The notes under the pieces are model-generated. The model was not told where the DNA came from, ran no database searches, and was given only the letters and a program-made list of their open reading frames with translations. DNA of 63,194 nucleotides, counting the filler, from Craspedostauros australis (taxonomy: Eukaryota), in the NCBI GenBank assembly GCA_030167865.1. It is 12 parts of 12 records of this genome, joined end to end, with 100 filler letters (N's around TTAATTAATTAA, not from the genome) between each part and the next. Parts side by side here need not be neighbours in the genome. Positions count along the whole stretch, not along the records: positions 10,439 to 15,918 come from JALAGF010006599.1; positions 16,019 to 26,040 come from JALAGF010006600.1; 10 more parts are not named here. The stretch is one strand, 5' to 3'. A program made the position numbers and the translations under genes. Below, piece after piece: positions 10,979 through 20,526 of this stretch; the stretch's first letter is position 1, and every line of letters starts with the position of its first letter.

Positions 10979-13900
10979 ACGGTCCCTTCCTCGACACTGA
11001 AGAAGAAACACTGCTCTTTGGCCTTTCATCAAATCCGGGAATGCATTGCCGCTGGAATCATCGTGTTCGCCCACATCGCGTCAACTGACAACATTGCTGA
11101 CATACTAACCAAACCGCTTTCCAAGACACCATTCCACCACATCACGTCGAGAACGATATTCCAGAACTCAATTCACGAGTCTGGATACCACAGCGAAGCC
11201 ATATCACAGGCTATAACACAGAACAGAACAACCAGAGCAGATGATGATCCTGATCTAACAGCCACGAAGACGCGAGAACCATCACCACCGAAGGAAGAAC
11301 ACACTATGAGCGTGAACATGGCGAGGTACCAACAGACCTCTATGAAATACAGCCCGACATCGAAAACCTTCCGGCTAACCAGAACCCAACAAGAACCGAA
11401 CCCCCTCGAAACAGCACAAAGGAGAACACCCAGGCCCATCAGGCGCACCAAGAGTACACCAGCCTCGCCCAACCGCCAACAGACGCGAAATTCCAGTGTC
11501 GTATGCGACATGGCCGACACCCATGCCACGAATCAAAACCACGTGCCTACCGACAATTTCCTGATCCGGCGTGGTGACACACCACCATCAGCCCTCACCG
11601 ACGAATTCAGCACACTCTCAAGCATCAATCCCTCCGCGGCATCATGTGGAAGCGACGTCCTCTACTACCCAAGAGACATGCTGGAGACAGCACCCATCAT
11701 GCCATCCAACCAATCACACGTCGCCACATCGACCAAGTTCTGGAAACCGCCACCTGGAGCCATCATGCCAGCTATTGAAGAAGGTACCTGCGAAACTTCC
11801 TTCCACACGGGCCTGACATCTCGGATTTTCGTCACACCTGAGCACGAAACATACAGATGTGACATGCTGATTGCTGAACTCCAGGAGGACCTGGCACGGA
11901 ATGCGACCGCACCCTCTTTTGCATTCCGCAACATGAACATGACTTCCCCTCAAAAACGGAGCCGACATAACCGAGACCCTGGACACAACCTCACCCCATC
12001 CCAGACGAGGACACCCAACATGACGTTCCCAAAGCACACCCCGTTCTACAATGGCCACCACTGCCCCGTCCCCGGATCCAGGGTGCTATATCCTGCAGGA
12101 AAGAAGGGAACCTTCCAAGGAAACGTCGTTGGGTACAGTGGCCGCAGAGTCCAGATCTACTGCACGAAAGGAACAAGAAGGCACCAACCGGCCTTGTTAC
12201 CTACGCAGAGAAACAATCCATCTACCCTCTCACCCTCTCTGAATATATGGACAATGACCTTCAAGCCAACGAGGTCCTCAGCATCGCCATAGCCGATGGA
12301 CAGTGCTTCTACTCCACTGAAGACAGTGCATGGGGCGAACCACCCGACGAGTTCCGCGCGACCATTCGGAAACCATCCATATGTCACTTCTTCAAAGTAA
12401 GGAAGAACCGGATCCCAATCATCCTCGCACGCGCAAGGAAGGCACGAGAGGTCCGAAAGCAAAGCGACACCCTCGTCACCAACCTCACGCGAGAGGAGAA
12501 AGCGCTCGCGGATGAACCCAATCCCCCCACCGACGAGGATGACATGGTCGACGGAATACCAGCCCTCGAAGACACCAGACCCAGTCTCGACGTGGGAGAG
12601 ACACCAGAGAGCAGATTCTTGGATGAGATCCCTGATGGATACTTCGACAAGAAGATGACCGCAGAAGAAGCCAGCCATCACAAATCAGAGACGTATCACG
12701 ATGGAGACCAACAACCGCAGGACCCAGAAGGTGTGATTGACGTGGAAGCAAAAATCGCAAGTGGAGCGGTAATCAGCCATCCCAGACCTCCCATCAGGCG
12801 ATCCTCACGACCATCACCAATGTCCAAAATCCTGACAGCCACACGAGATGGACAAGGATACACAGACAAGATTCGACCAAAGCCCGTGATCCCAACCGAC
12901 CATTCTGTGGACAGCGCGTCCGTCCCAGAGCCTGGCGACAGTGACGATTCTGGGTCCATCTACCGACCAGAAGACAAGTCGACCAAGCGAAACCAAACGC
13001 CGCGACGACACAGCCCTGGAGCCAGCAGCAAGCGAAGCAACCGCCCCAAGAGAAAGGGGATCTTCGATGAATCCGAGGACTCCACCGTTTCCTCGGGATA
13101 CTTGGGAGTCAATGAGATCGACAAAACCAGGTCCGCCAAGAAGACCACTAGTGGGACCATCAACACCGAAAGGGGACCCACTATGACCGCGGAAGAAACC
13201 TACCGAGGCGGCAGAACCGGTGCCTCCCATAACCCAGGATGAACAACCAGAGGTCCCTACACTACCGGAGGAACCAACCGATGATGACGTGCCGGTAGCA
13301 ACCGCGTACCCAGCACCTGTGAACCACAATGAGTGTGCGGACATCAACACTCGCAAACTCCGCGTCTTGAACCATCCATCGACCCCCGACACTCCGGAGA
13401 CCAGCAACGCTAACAAGAGAGCCCGAACGGAGCCCCGACCAGCGATCGCATACCTGTCACCCCGACGTCTTCGATCTGGGTACATCATGTCCAGCAATCA
13501 AGGACCAACGATGATGCAACCATCCATTTTCCAGATGCCTCCTGACCCCACCGCTCAGATCAAGGCCGTTCTTCAAACCGACAGCAGGACACTTCCGGCC
13601 ATCCAAGCTCTCGCCGATGTCCTTTTTCGCGGAGGGCTTGACCACATCAACCACATCCAACAGGTCAGCATCACCTCCTTGCTCAATGAGGCATTGGAAC
13701 ACATGTCCACCAACCGCCACCAAAGCCGCAGCTACAACGACGACAACGAACATTCCGAATGAAGCCCGCTTGCCGCCATCTTGGGCGGCGGAACGAACCA
13801 CACTACGATTAGCTTTCTTGCTTTCAGTCAACTCACGTTTCGACGTGAGATGAAGGGGAGTAATAGAGCTACACTAGTACCCATCTTAGAGAGAGAGACT

Positions 13901-14388
13901 ACAAATCATCCGACTCGTCAGCATTCCAGTGGATCGAACGAATACTTCACCGACCCCCACGTTTGGGGACAGATCCAGAACCTTGAAGCAGATCTTCGGA
14001 ATTCGTGTCAGGGAACCAACAGGGTTCCGATAACCGAGCCACTGACACCCACCATCGCCAAAACACCGACACAGGGAAACAGTACCCCAGCAACGCGCAT
14101 CATCGCCCATTGTCTCTCACAGAACTCAGACAACGGATCTCGACCCACGGTACTCAGGCTACACAACCAACACGCATTGTCAATCAGGACACCACAGGAG
14201 ATCCCCCTCGAAGGGAAGAACCATAGCACTAATCTCATAATCCGCACGTTTCTTCACCATCTACCAGTATTCTAAATTGACTACTTGTGGAACAGAAGAC
14301 TCACGTTCGGACCGCTTGCCAGTCAAGCCTCTGCCTACAGCTAAACAACAGCCAACAAGACAACAGCCATTACGTTTGGGCTCTATTA
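10979..14388 (+). mobile_element. Ty1/copia 3' end: RNase H end, ~2.6-kb extra coding region, PPT and TA..TA LTR
   Basis: KKKHCSLAFHQIRECIAAG..NIADILTKPL continues into ORFs ending at 12292, 13242 and 13762; GAAGGGGAG PPT at 13852-13860. Confidence 0.85.
13861..14388 (+). mobile_element. 3' LTR (family C, 528 bp) with TAATAGAGC..GCTCTATTA termini
   Basis: Starts right after the PPT; perfect 9-bp terminal inverted repeat. Confidence 0.75.
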
Positions 14389-14769
14389 TCTCCACATGGG
14401 TTCCATTGATCCAAAGCCTAGACAAAGCAGCAGCCTCGGTATGCCCACCGCCACCACGCAATCCTCAACATTTCGTTACAAGTAACCGCCTCACCCACGT
14501 GAAATGTGAGTGTGTCGATGATAGACACGACTGGACAGCATGTCGAAACACGACTGACGATTCCGAACCCCATTTGCNNNNNNNNNNNNNNNNNNNNNAC
14601 GCTACTAGGCAAAGGCTAATGCGAAAAATATAACTTTGTAACTATAAGGCTCAGGAGTCTATAACTTCACGCACACCCAATACAGCATAGCAGGATGAAT
14701 TCAGTGCTGAAATATTGTATCAGAACGAAGCTACAATCGTATCCTGAATGGGTCTTATGCTCACGCTGG

Positions 14770-15365
14770 GTCCACGCAGCAAACAGCTCGAGTCTGTTGT
14801 CCATTTGGTATTGGAGAATCACACACAGAGCCTCGAATGGGTGCACATGGCACTGGTGGCCATGGCGAACNNNNNNNNNNNNNNNNNNNNNNNNNNNNNN
14901 NNNNNNNNNNNNNNNNNNNNGCATGTCGAAACACGACTGACGATTCCGAACCCCATTTGCTCTGCACCGTCCGCACGCTTAACGCTACTAGGCAAAGGCT
15001 AATGCGAAAAATATAACTTTGTAACTATAAGGCTCAGGAGTCTATAACTTCACGCACACCCAATANNNNNNNNNNNNNNNNNNNNNNNNNNNNNNNNNNN
15101 NNNNNNNNNNNNNNNNNNNNNNNNNNNNNNNNNNNNNNNNNNNNNNNNNNNNNNNNNNNNNNNNNNNNNNNNNNNNNNNNNNNNNNNNNNNNNNNNNNNN
15201 NNNNNNNNNNNNNNNNNNNNNNNNTGGGTGCACATGGCACTGGTGGCCATGGCGAACAGTGTCGCTCATGGTCTTCAAGTTCTTGATTCGGCAGTTCAAG
15301 CGCTCGTGTCGGTAACGAGCGCGGCTCTTGAACTTCGCATCATCTTTTCGTGAAAAATCCTGTTC
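14770..15365 (-). pseudogene. PIF/Harbinger-type (DDE_Tnp_4-like) transposase C-terminal fragment; gapped, collapsed assembly
   Basis: FKSRARYRHERLNCRIKNLKTMSDTVRHG..HVHPFEALCVILQYQMDN..LF across two overlapping pieces. Confidence 0.65.
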
Positions 15366-15439
15366 TTGGGGCCTGCACACCAATCGCCAACCCACACACA
15401 AACAGCTCAAGCGAGTCCCGCGACCTGTGTGCTTCCACC

Positions 15440-15532
15440 AAAAAATGCATTTGGTGTACAAAAATTGCATTTGAAGTGCATTAAATGCAAATGCAGTGCA
15501 TTAAATGCAAATGGAGTGCATTAAATGCACTT
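15440..15532. repeat. Short tandem/palindromic GTGCATTAAATGCA repeats
   Basis: Three tandem copies at ~15476-15530 plus degenerate copies upstream. Confidence 0.7.
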
Positions 15533-16863
15533 TCAGTTGTGCATCAGATTGATTCGTGACTCAAACAACTACAGTCACAACGGCGGTCATTGGACACCAA
15601 TAGACGATCTCGTTAAATATTGTACTTAACGACACGACATTTACTGGTCATTTTCAGCGAATGCAACGACACAGATTGTGGAGGTAAGACTAATTCGATT
15701 AAACAGCCTCGATTCATCTCTCTGGTCAAATGAGTCAAACGACGCACGTTTCAATGGGTTTGCCAGGTGTTGCTGTTGATGACGTGGTTGCGAGCGTGCA
15801 GCACTCGGGAAGGGAGTTTTGGGAATAGCAGGAACAGGGTTTACCGCAGCTTCCAACTTAACCCTTTACCGTTAATGACAGTCCCAACTCATGTCCCACA
15901 GCAAACTTGTCCGAGCGGNNNNNNNNNNNNNNNNNNNNNNNNNNNNNNNNNNNNNNNNNNNNTTAATTAATTAANNNNNNNNNNNNNNNNNNNNNNNNNN
16001 NNNNNNNNNNNNNNNNNNAGACTGGCTGAGATGGAATGTCATTGTGGGACGTCATTCACGAGTGATTGAGGTTGGCCTTTTAGAATTGCGCTGGGCCCAA
16101 TTACTTTCCATTTTTTGGAGCGAAATCAATTAATTGAAAACGCGTTTCCATTATCCATTTTATTTTACATTATCGGGACTGGCTTTCAATTAATGGAAAA
16201 GCGAAATCCATTTTCCATTGTGCTTTCCATTTTTTGGTATGGAGAGGCGTTGCGCGGGACTCGATAGCTTGAACAACAAACATCAATATGTTATGAGTAT
16301 GCCTGTGTACATGTCATTGACATTTAAATGAGATCAATTATTTAACCTATCATTCCCAACGTACTTTTTACAATGATGGCCTTCGAAGAGGAGAACGAAG
16401 CGAAAAATTGAAGGAGAAGAGCGATGAGGTCGAATTAGTCGAATGCCGTCGAGGTTGATGCATTTGCCGAGTGTCCCAGAAGGATCCAATCCACACGAAC
16501 CAGAAGGGTGCGATCAAGAGAAGGTTCCGCCCACACGAATCAGAGGGGCGCGATCATGAGGAGACAAACACAGGCAACCACACAGAGAGAGAGAGAGAGG
16601 GACGCGATCAAGAGGAGAGGATACATGCAAACAAGACCACAACACAACAACACAACCCCATACTCGAGCACCTCAACAACAGACACCGAATTGCCACTCA
16701 TATTCATCACACAGTGCATGATACTCATACTGATGCAAGCCATTGAAGACACACAATCGACATCTCTGCCATAGGTCGCTCAGACTACACACCTCCTCGA
16801 CAGGCAATCCAACGCCAATCGTCCAACGTCAATCGTCCAGCAACCATCGACCATCCCCTCAAC

Positions 16864-19800
16864 ATGCCGAATGTTACGAACGAACAACTGTTTGATGCTG
16901 CCTGGGAAGGTACCTTGTCGGTGTTGAAGAAATGGAAGAAGCAGAACAAGAAGAGCAAGAAAAAACGGGTTGATGCCAACAAGGTTATAGACTGGTTTGG
17001 TCGCACTGTCCTTCATGAGGCATGCATACACGGCCAGCTGGAGTGTATCAGGTACCTCATCAAATCATGTGGAGCTGACATCAACTGCGAAGACAACGCT
17101 GGCTCCACTCCCCTTCATTACGCATGCCACAACGGCCAGCTGAAGTGTGTGAAGTACCTCATCGAATCATGTGAGGCAAACATCAACTGCAAAGACAATG
17201 CTGGCTCCACTTCCCTTCATTACGCATGCATGCGTGGTCAGCTGGAGTGTGCGGAGTACCTCATCAAATCATGTGAGGCGAACATCAACTGCGAAGACAA
17301 CAATGGAAACACTCCCCTTCATGTGGCATGCATAAACGGCCAGCTCAAGTGTGTGGAGTACCTCATCGAATCATGTGAGGCGAACACCAACTGCAAAATC
17401 TACGATGGTTTCACTCCCCTTCATTGGGCATGCCGCAACGATGACCTGAAGTGTGTGAAACACCTCATCATATCATGTGGGGCGACCATCAACGGCAAAG
17501 ACACAATTGGAAACACTCCCTTTCATGTGGCATGCATACATGGCCACCTGGAGTGTGTGAAGTACCTCATCAAATCATGTGAGGCTAACATCAACTGCCA
17601 AGACAACAATGGAAACACTCCCCTTCATCGGGCATGCATGCGTGGTCAGCTGGAGTGTGCGGAGTACCTCATCGAATCATGTGAGGCGAACATCGACTGC
17701 CAAAACAACAATGGAAGCACTCCCCTTCATTACGCATGCCACAACGGCCACCTGGAGTGTATCAAGTACCTCATCGAATCATGTGAGGGCAACATCAACT
17801 GCAAAGACAAAGCTGGAAACACTCCCCTTCATCGGGCATGCATGCGTGGTCAGCTGGAGTGTGCGAAGTACCTCATCGAATCATGTGAGGCAAACATCAA
17901 CTGCAAAGACAATGCTGGCTCCACTTCCCTTCATCGGGCATGCCGCAACGGCCACCTGGAGTGTATCAAGTACCTCATCGAATCATGTGAGGCGAACATC
18001 AACTGCAAAGACAACAATGGAAACACTCCCCTTCATGTGGCATGCATAAACGGCCAGCTCAAGTGTGTGGAGTACCTCATCGAATCATGTGAGGCGAACA
18101 CCAACTGCAAAATCTACGATGGTTTCACTCCCCTTCATTGGGCATGCCGCAACGATGACCTGAAGTGTGTGAAACACCTCATCATATCATGTGGGGCGAC
18201 CATCAACGGCAAAGACACAATTGGAAACACTCCCTTTCATGTGGCATGCATACATGGCCACCTGGAGTGTGTGGAGTACCTCATCGAATCATGTGAGGCT
18301 AACATCAACTGCCAAGACAACAATGGAAACACTCCTCTTCATGTGGCATGCCGCAATGGCCACCTGGAGTGTGCGGAATACCTCATCGAATCATGTGAGG
18401 GCAACATTAACTGCCAAAACAACTTTGGTTCCACTCCCCTTCATCGGGCATGCCACAACGGCCACCTGGAGTGTATCAAGTACCTCATCGAATCATGTGA
18501 GGGCAACATCAACTGCAAAGACAACAATGGAAACACTCCCCTTCATCGGGCATGCTACAACGGCCACCTGGAGTGTGCGAAGTACCTCATCGAATCATGT
18601 GAGGCAAACATCAACTGCAAAGACAACAATGGAAACACTCCCCTTCATCGGGCATGCCGCAACGGCCACCTGGAGTGTGTGAAGTACCTCATCGAATCAT
18701 GTGAGGGGACCATCAACTGCAAAGACAACAATGGAAACGCTCCCCTTCATTACGCATGCCACAACGGCCACCTGGAGTGTGTGAAGTATGTCATCGAATC
18801 ATGTGAGGGCAACATCAACTGCAAAGACAATGATGGCAACACTCCCCTTCATCGGGCATGCTTGAATGGCCAGCTGGAGTGTGCGAAGTACCTCATCGAA
18901 TCATGTGAGGCGAACATCGACTGCAAAAGCATCTTTGGTTCCACTCCCCTTCATCACGCATGCCGCAACGGCAAGCTGGAGTGTGTGAAGTACCTCATCG
19001 AATCAGCCCATGCCGATCCCGACATTCAAAACAACGGCAACAAAACCCCCCTCGATTTGATCGATGCAGACCTTGACACTGGAATCAAGAGATTGATCAT
19101 GAAGCGTCGCATTCACCACAACCCACAACTGCAGCAACGCTTGCAACAAAACGAGCAAAAGAATAAACAACCACAAGAACATTTGAGACCGCATTTGAAG
19201 CAGAAGAAGAAAGGGAATCAACATTCACAAGAACAGTTGGGACAGCAGTTGAAGCAAGAGAATGAACAACTACAAGAGCAGTTGAGACAGCAGTTGAAGC
19301 GGAAGAAGCAAGAGAATGAACACAAACACAGTAGCCACAAGAGGACCACCATCAGCATCGGAAAAGACCGGCTCAGATCCTTTCATACCGAGAACAGGCC
19401 AGACACAATCTTCTTGTGTGGACAGGGCGACGACCAACAACCAATCAAGGCAAACGCTGAAGTCCTCATGATCTCCGTCCCATCCATTGAGACACTGATC
19501 AGCTCTGGAATCCAACATCAGCACACGAATGATGGTACCAAAGACGGCACGCCCCCCATGCAAGTAACTATCCCTCTTCCCAACCTTCAAGCAAAACACA
19601 TCCGATACATCCTCCAATGCATCTACACAGGCGAGATATCCTTTGATGACAGTGCTTGTGACAACGCTGCTGCTCACGTTGGCGCTCGTGCTGACGCTCA
19701 CCACGATGCAGATGCCCTTCACCAGTCAACTCCCATCCTCACTGGACAGGATGATCTGCAACAGCTGATCCTTGTGGCCGACCTGTTCGGTTTCTGGCGA

Positions 19801-20223
19801 CTCAAGCTTGTTCTTGAAGCAGAGTTGGCCCGCAAGCATCTCACAGAGGACACCATGATAGATGTGCTGATATTCGCCCATCAACACAACTGCGTGGTGT
19901 TGAAGGATGCAGCAATGAGAGTGGCAGCTGAAAATGAGAAAGATTTGTTCACTCATCCAGATTTCAGCAAGCTGATTCTACAACCCCAACTGATGAGAGA
20001 CATTCATGTCCTCCGCAGTGGGGGAGCAGAGAGTGATGGTACTGATGATGAGTACAGCCAGATGTCCATGGTGAAGCTGTACAAGGTTATAGATGAGGAT
20101 GAGGGTACAGTACAAGTGGATTCATACATGGATCGGGCAACATTGGTGGACTTCGTCCGCTCTATGAGTACCAAATCATCCAAAGTGAATGAGACGGACG
20201 GCGCTGCTGAAGAAGCGGAGTGA
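16864..20223 (+). CDS. Ankyrin-repeat (20 x 34 aa), Gln-rich coiled coil, BTB/POZ-BACK protein, 1119 aa; probable Cullin-3 substrate adaptor
   Basis: Intact ORF with G(N/S)TPLHxACxxGxLxCxxYLIxSC repeats. The C-terminus has a BTB/BACK pattern (ILQCIYTG, LILVADLFG..LK, VLIFAHQHNCVVLKDAA). Confidence 0.95.
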   Translation: MPNVTNEQLFDAAWEGTLSVLKKWKKQNKKSKKKRVDANKVIDWFGRTVLHEACIHGQLECIRYLIKSCGADINCEDNAGSTPLHYACHNGQLKCVKYLIESCEANINCKDNAGSTSLHYACMRGQLECAEYLIKSCEANINCEDNNGNTPLHVACINGQLKCVEYLIESCEANTNCKIYDGFTPLHWACRNDDLKCVKHLIISCGATINGKDTIGNTPFHVACIHGHLECVKYLIKSCEANINCQDNNGNTPLHRACMRGQLECAEYLIESCEANIDCQNNNGSTPLHYACHNGHLECIKYLIESCEGNINCKDKAGNTPLHRACMRGQLECAKYLIESCEANINCKDNAGSTSLHRACRNGHLECIKYLIESCEANINCKDNNGNTPLHVACINGQLKCVEYLIESCEANTNCKIYDGFTPLHWACRNDDLKCVKHLIISCGATINGKDTIGNTPFHVACIHGHLECVEYLIESCEANINCQDNNGNTPLHVACRNGHLECAEYLIESCEGNINCQNNFGSTPLHRACHNGHLECIKYLIESCEGNINCKDNNGNTPLHRACYNGHLECAKYLIESCEANINCKDNNGNTPLHRACRNGHLECVKYLIESCEGTINCKDNNGNAPLHYACHNGHLECVKYVIESCEGNINCKDNDGNTPLHRACLNGQLECAKYLIESCEANIDCKSIFGSTPLHHACRNGKLECVKYLIESAHADPDIQNNGNKTPLDLIDADLDTGIKRLIMKRRIHHNPQLQQRLQQNEQKNKQPQEHLRPHLKQKKKGNQHSQEQLGQQLKQENEQLQEQLRQQLKRKKQENEHKHSSHKRTTISIGKDRLRSFHTENRPDTIFLCGQGDDQQPIKANAEVLMISVPSIETLISSGIQHQHTNDGTKDGTPPMQVTIPLPNLQAKHIRYILQCIYTGEISFDDSACDNAAAHVGARADAHHDADALHQSTPILTGQDDLQQLILVADLFGFWRLKLVLEAELARKHLTEDTMIDVLIFAHQHNCVVLKDAAMRVAAENEKDLFTHPDFSKLILQPQLMRDIHVLRSGGAESDGTDDEYSQMSMVKLYKVIDEDEGTVQVDSYMDRATLVDFVRSMSTKSSKVNETDGAAEEAE
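16999..19038 (+). repeat. Coding tandem array of 20 x 102-bp ankyrin units
   Basis: Exact 102-bp period without indels; units 4-6 (17305-17610) are nearly identical to units 11-13 (18019-18324). Confidence 0.97.
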
Positions 20224-20526
20224 AGTACCATGCCATATTATGCCATAACAGAAGTCTTCGAGAAGTAAACGCATGACAGAATTGAGATGATGAAAAGAGG
20301 ACTCGAGTCAGTTGTCGGAGGGAGAGTATTCACAATCAGACTGCGAATGGTAATTACATATTCTATTGAGTAGCGTTATGTATTCTACACCACAAAAAGA
20401 AACGGCCACAGCGGACAGTTGTGACCTGCACAACCAGACAAGATCGTTTCGCTCCCATTATGACGGTTGGTGATCACACGCTTGCTGAGCGACTCATTCA
20501 ACTTCAATCCGTTGCACCATCCACCT

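Noticed and set aside
16999..19038. CRISPR array, TALE or DGR interpretation of the 102-bp repeats
   Set aside because: Units are contiguous in-frame ankyrin repeats with no spacers. The 34-aa length matches TALE only by coincidence. Variation is not adenine-restricted, and no template repeat or RT is on the scaffold.
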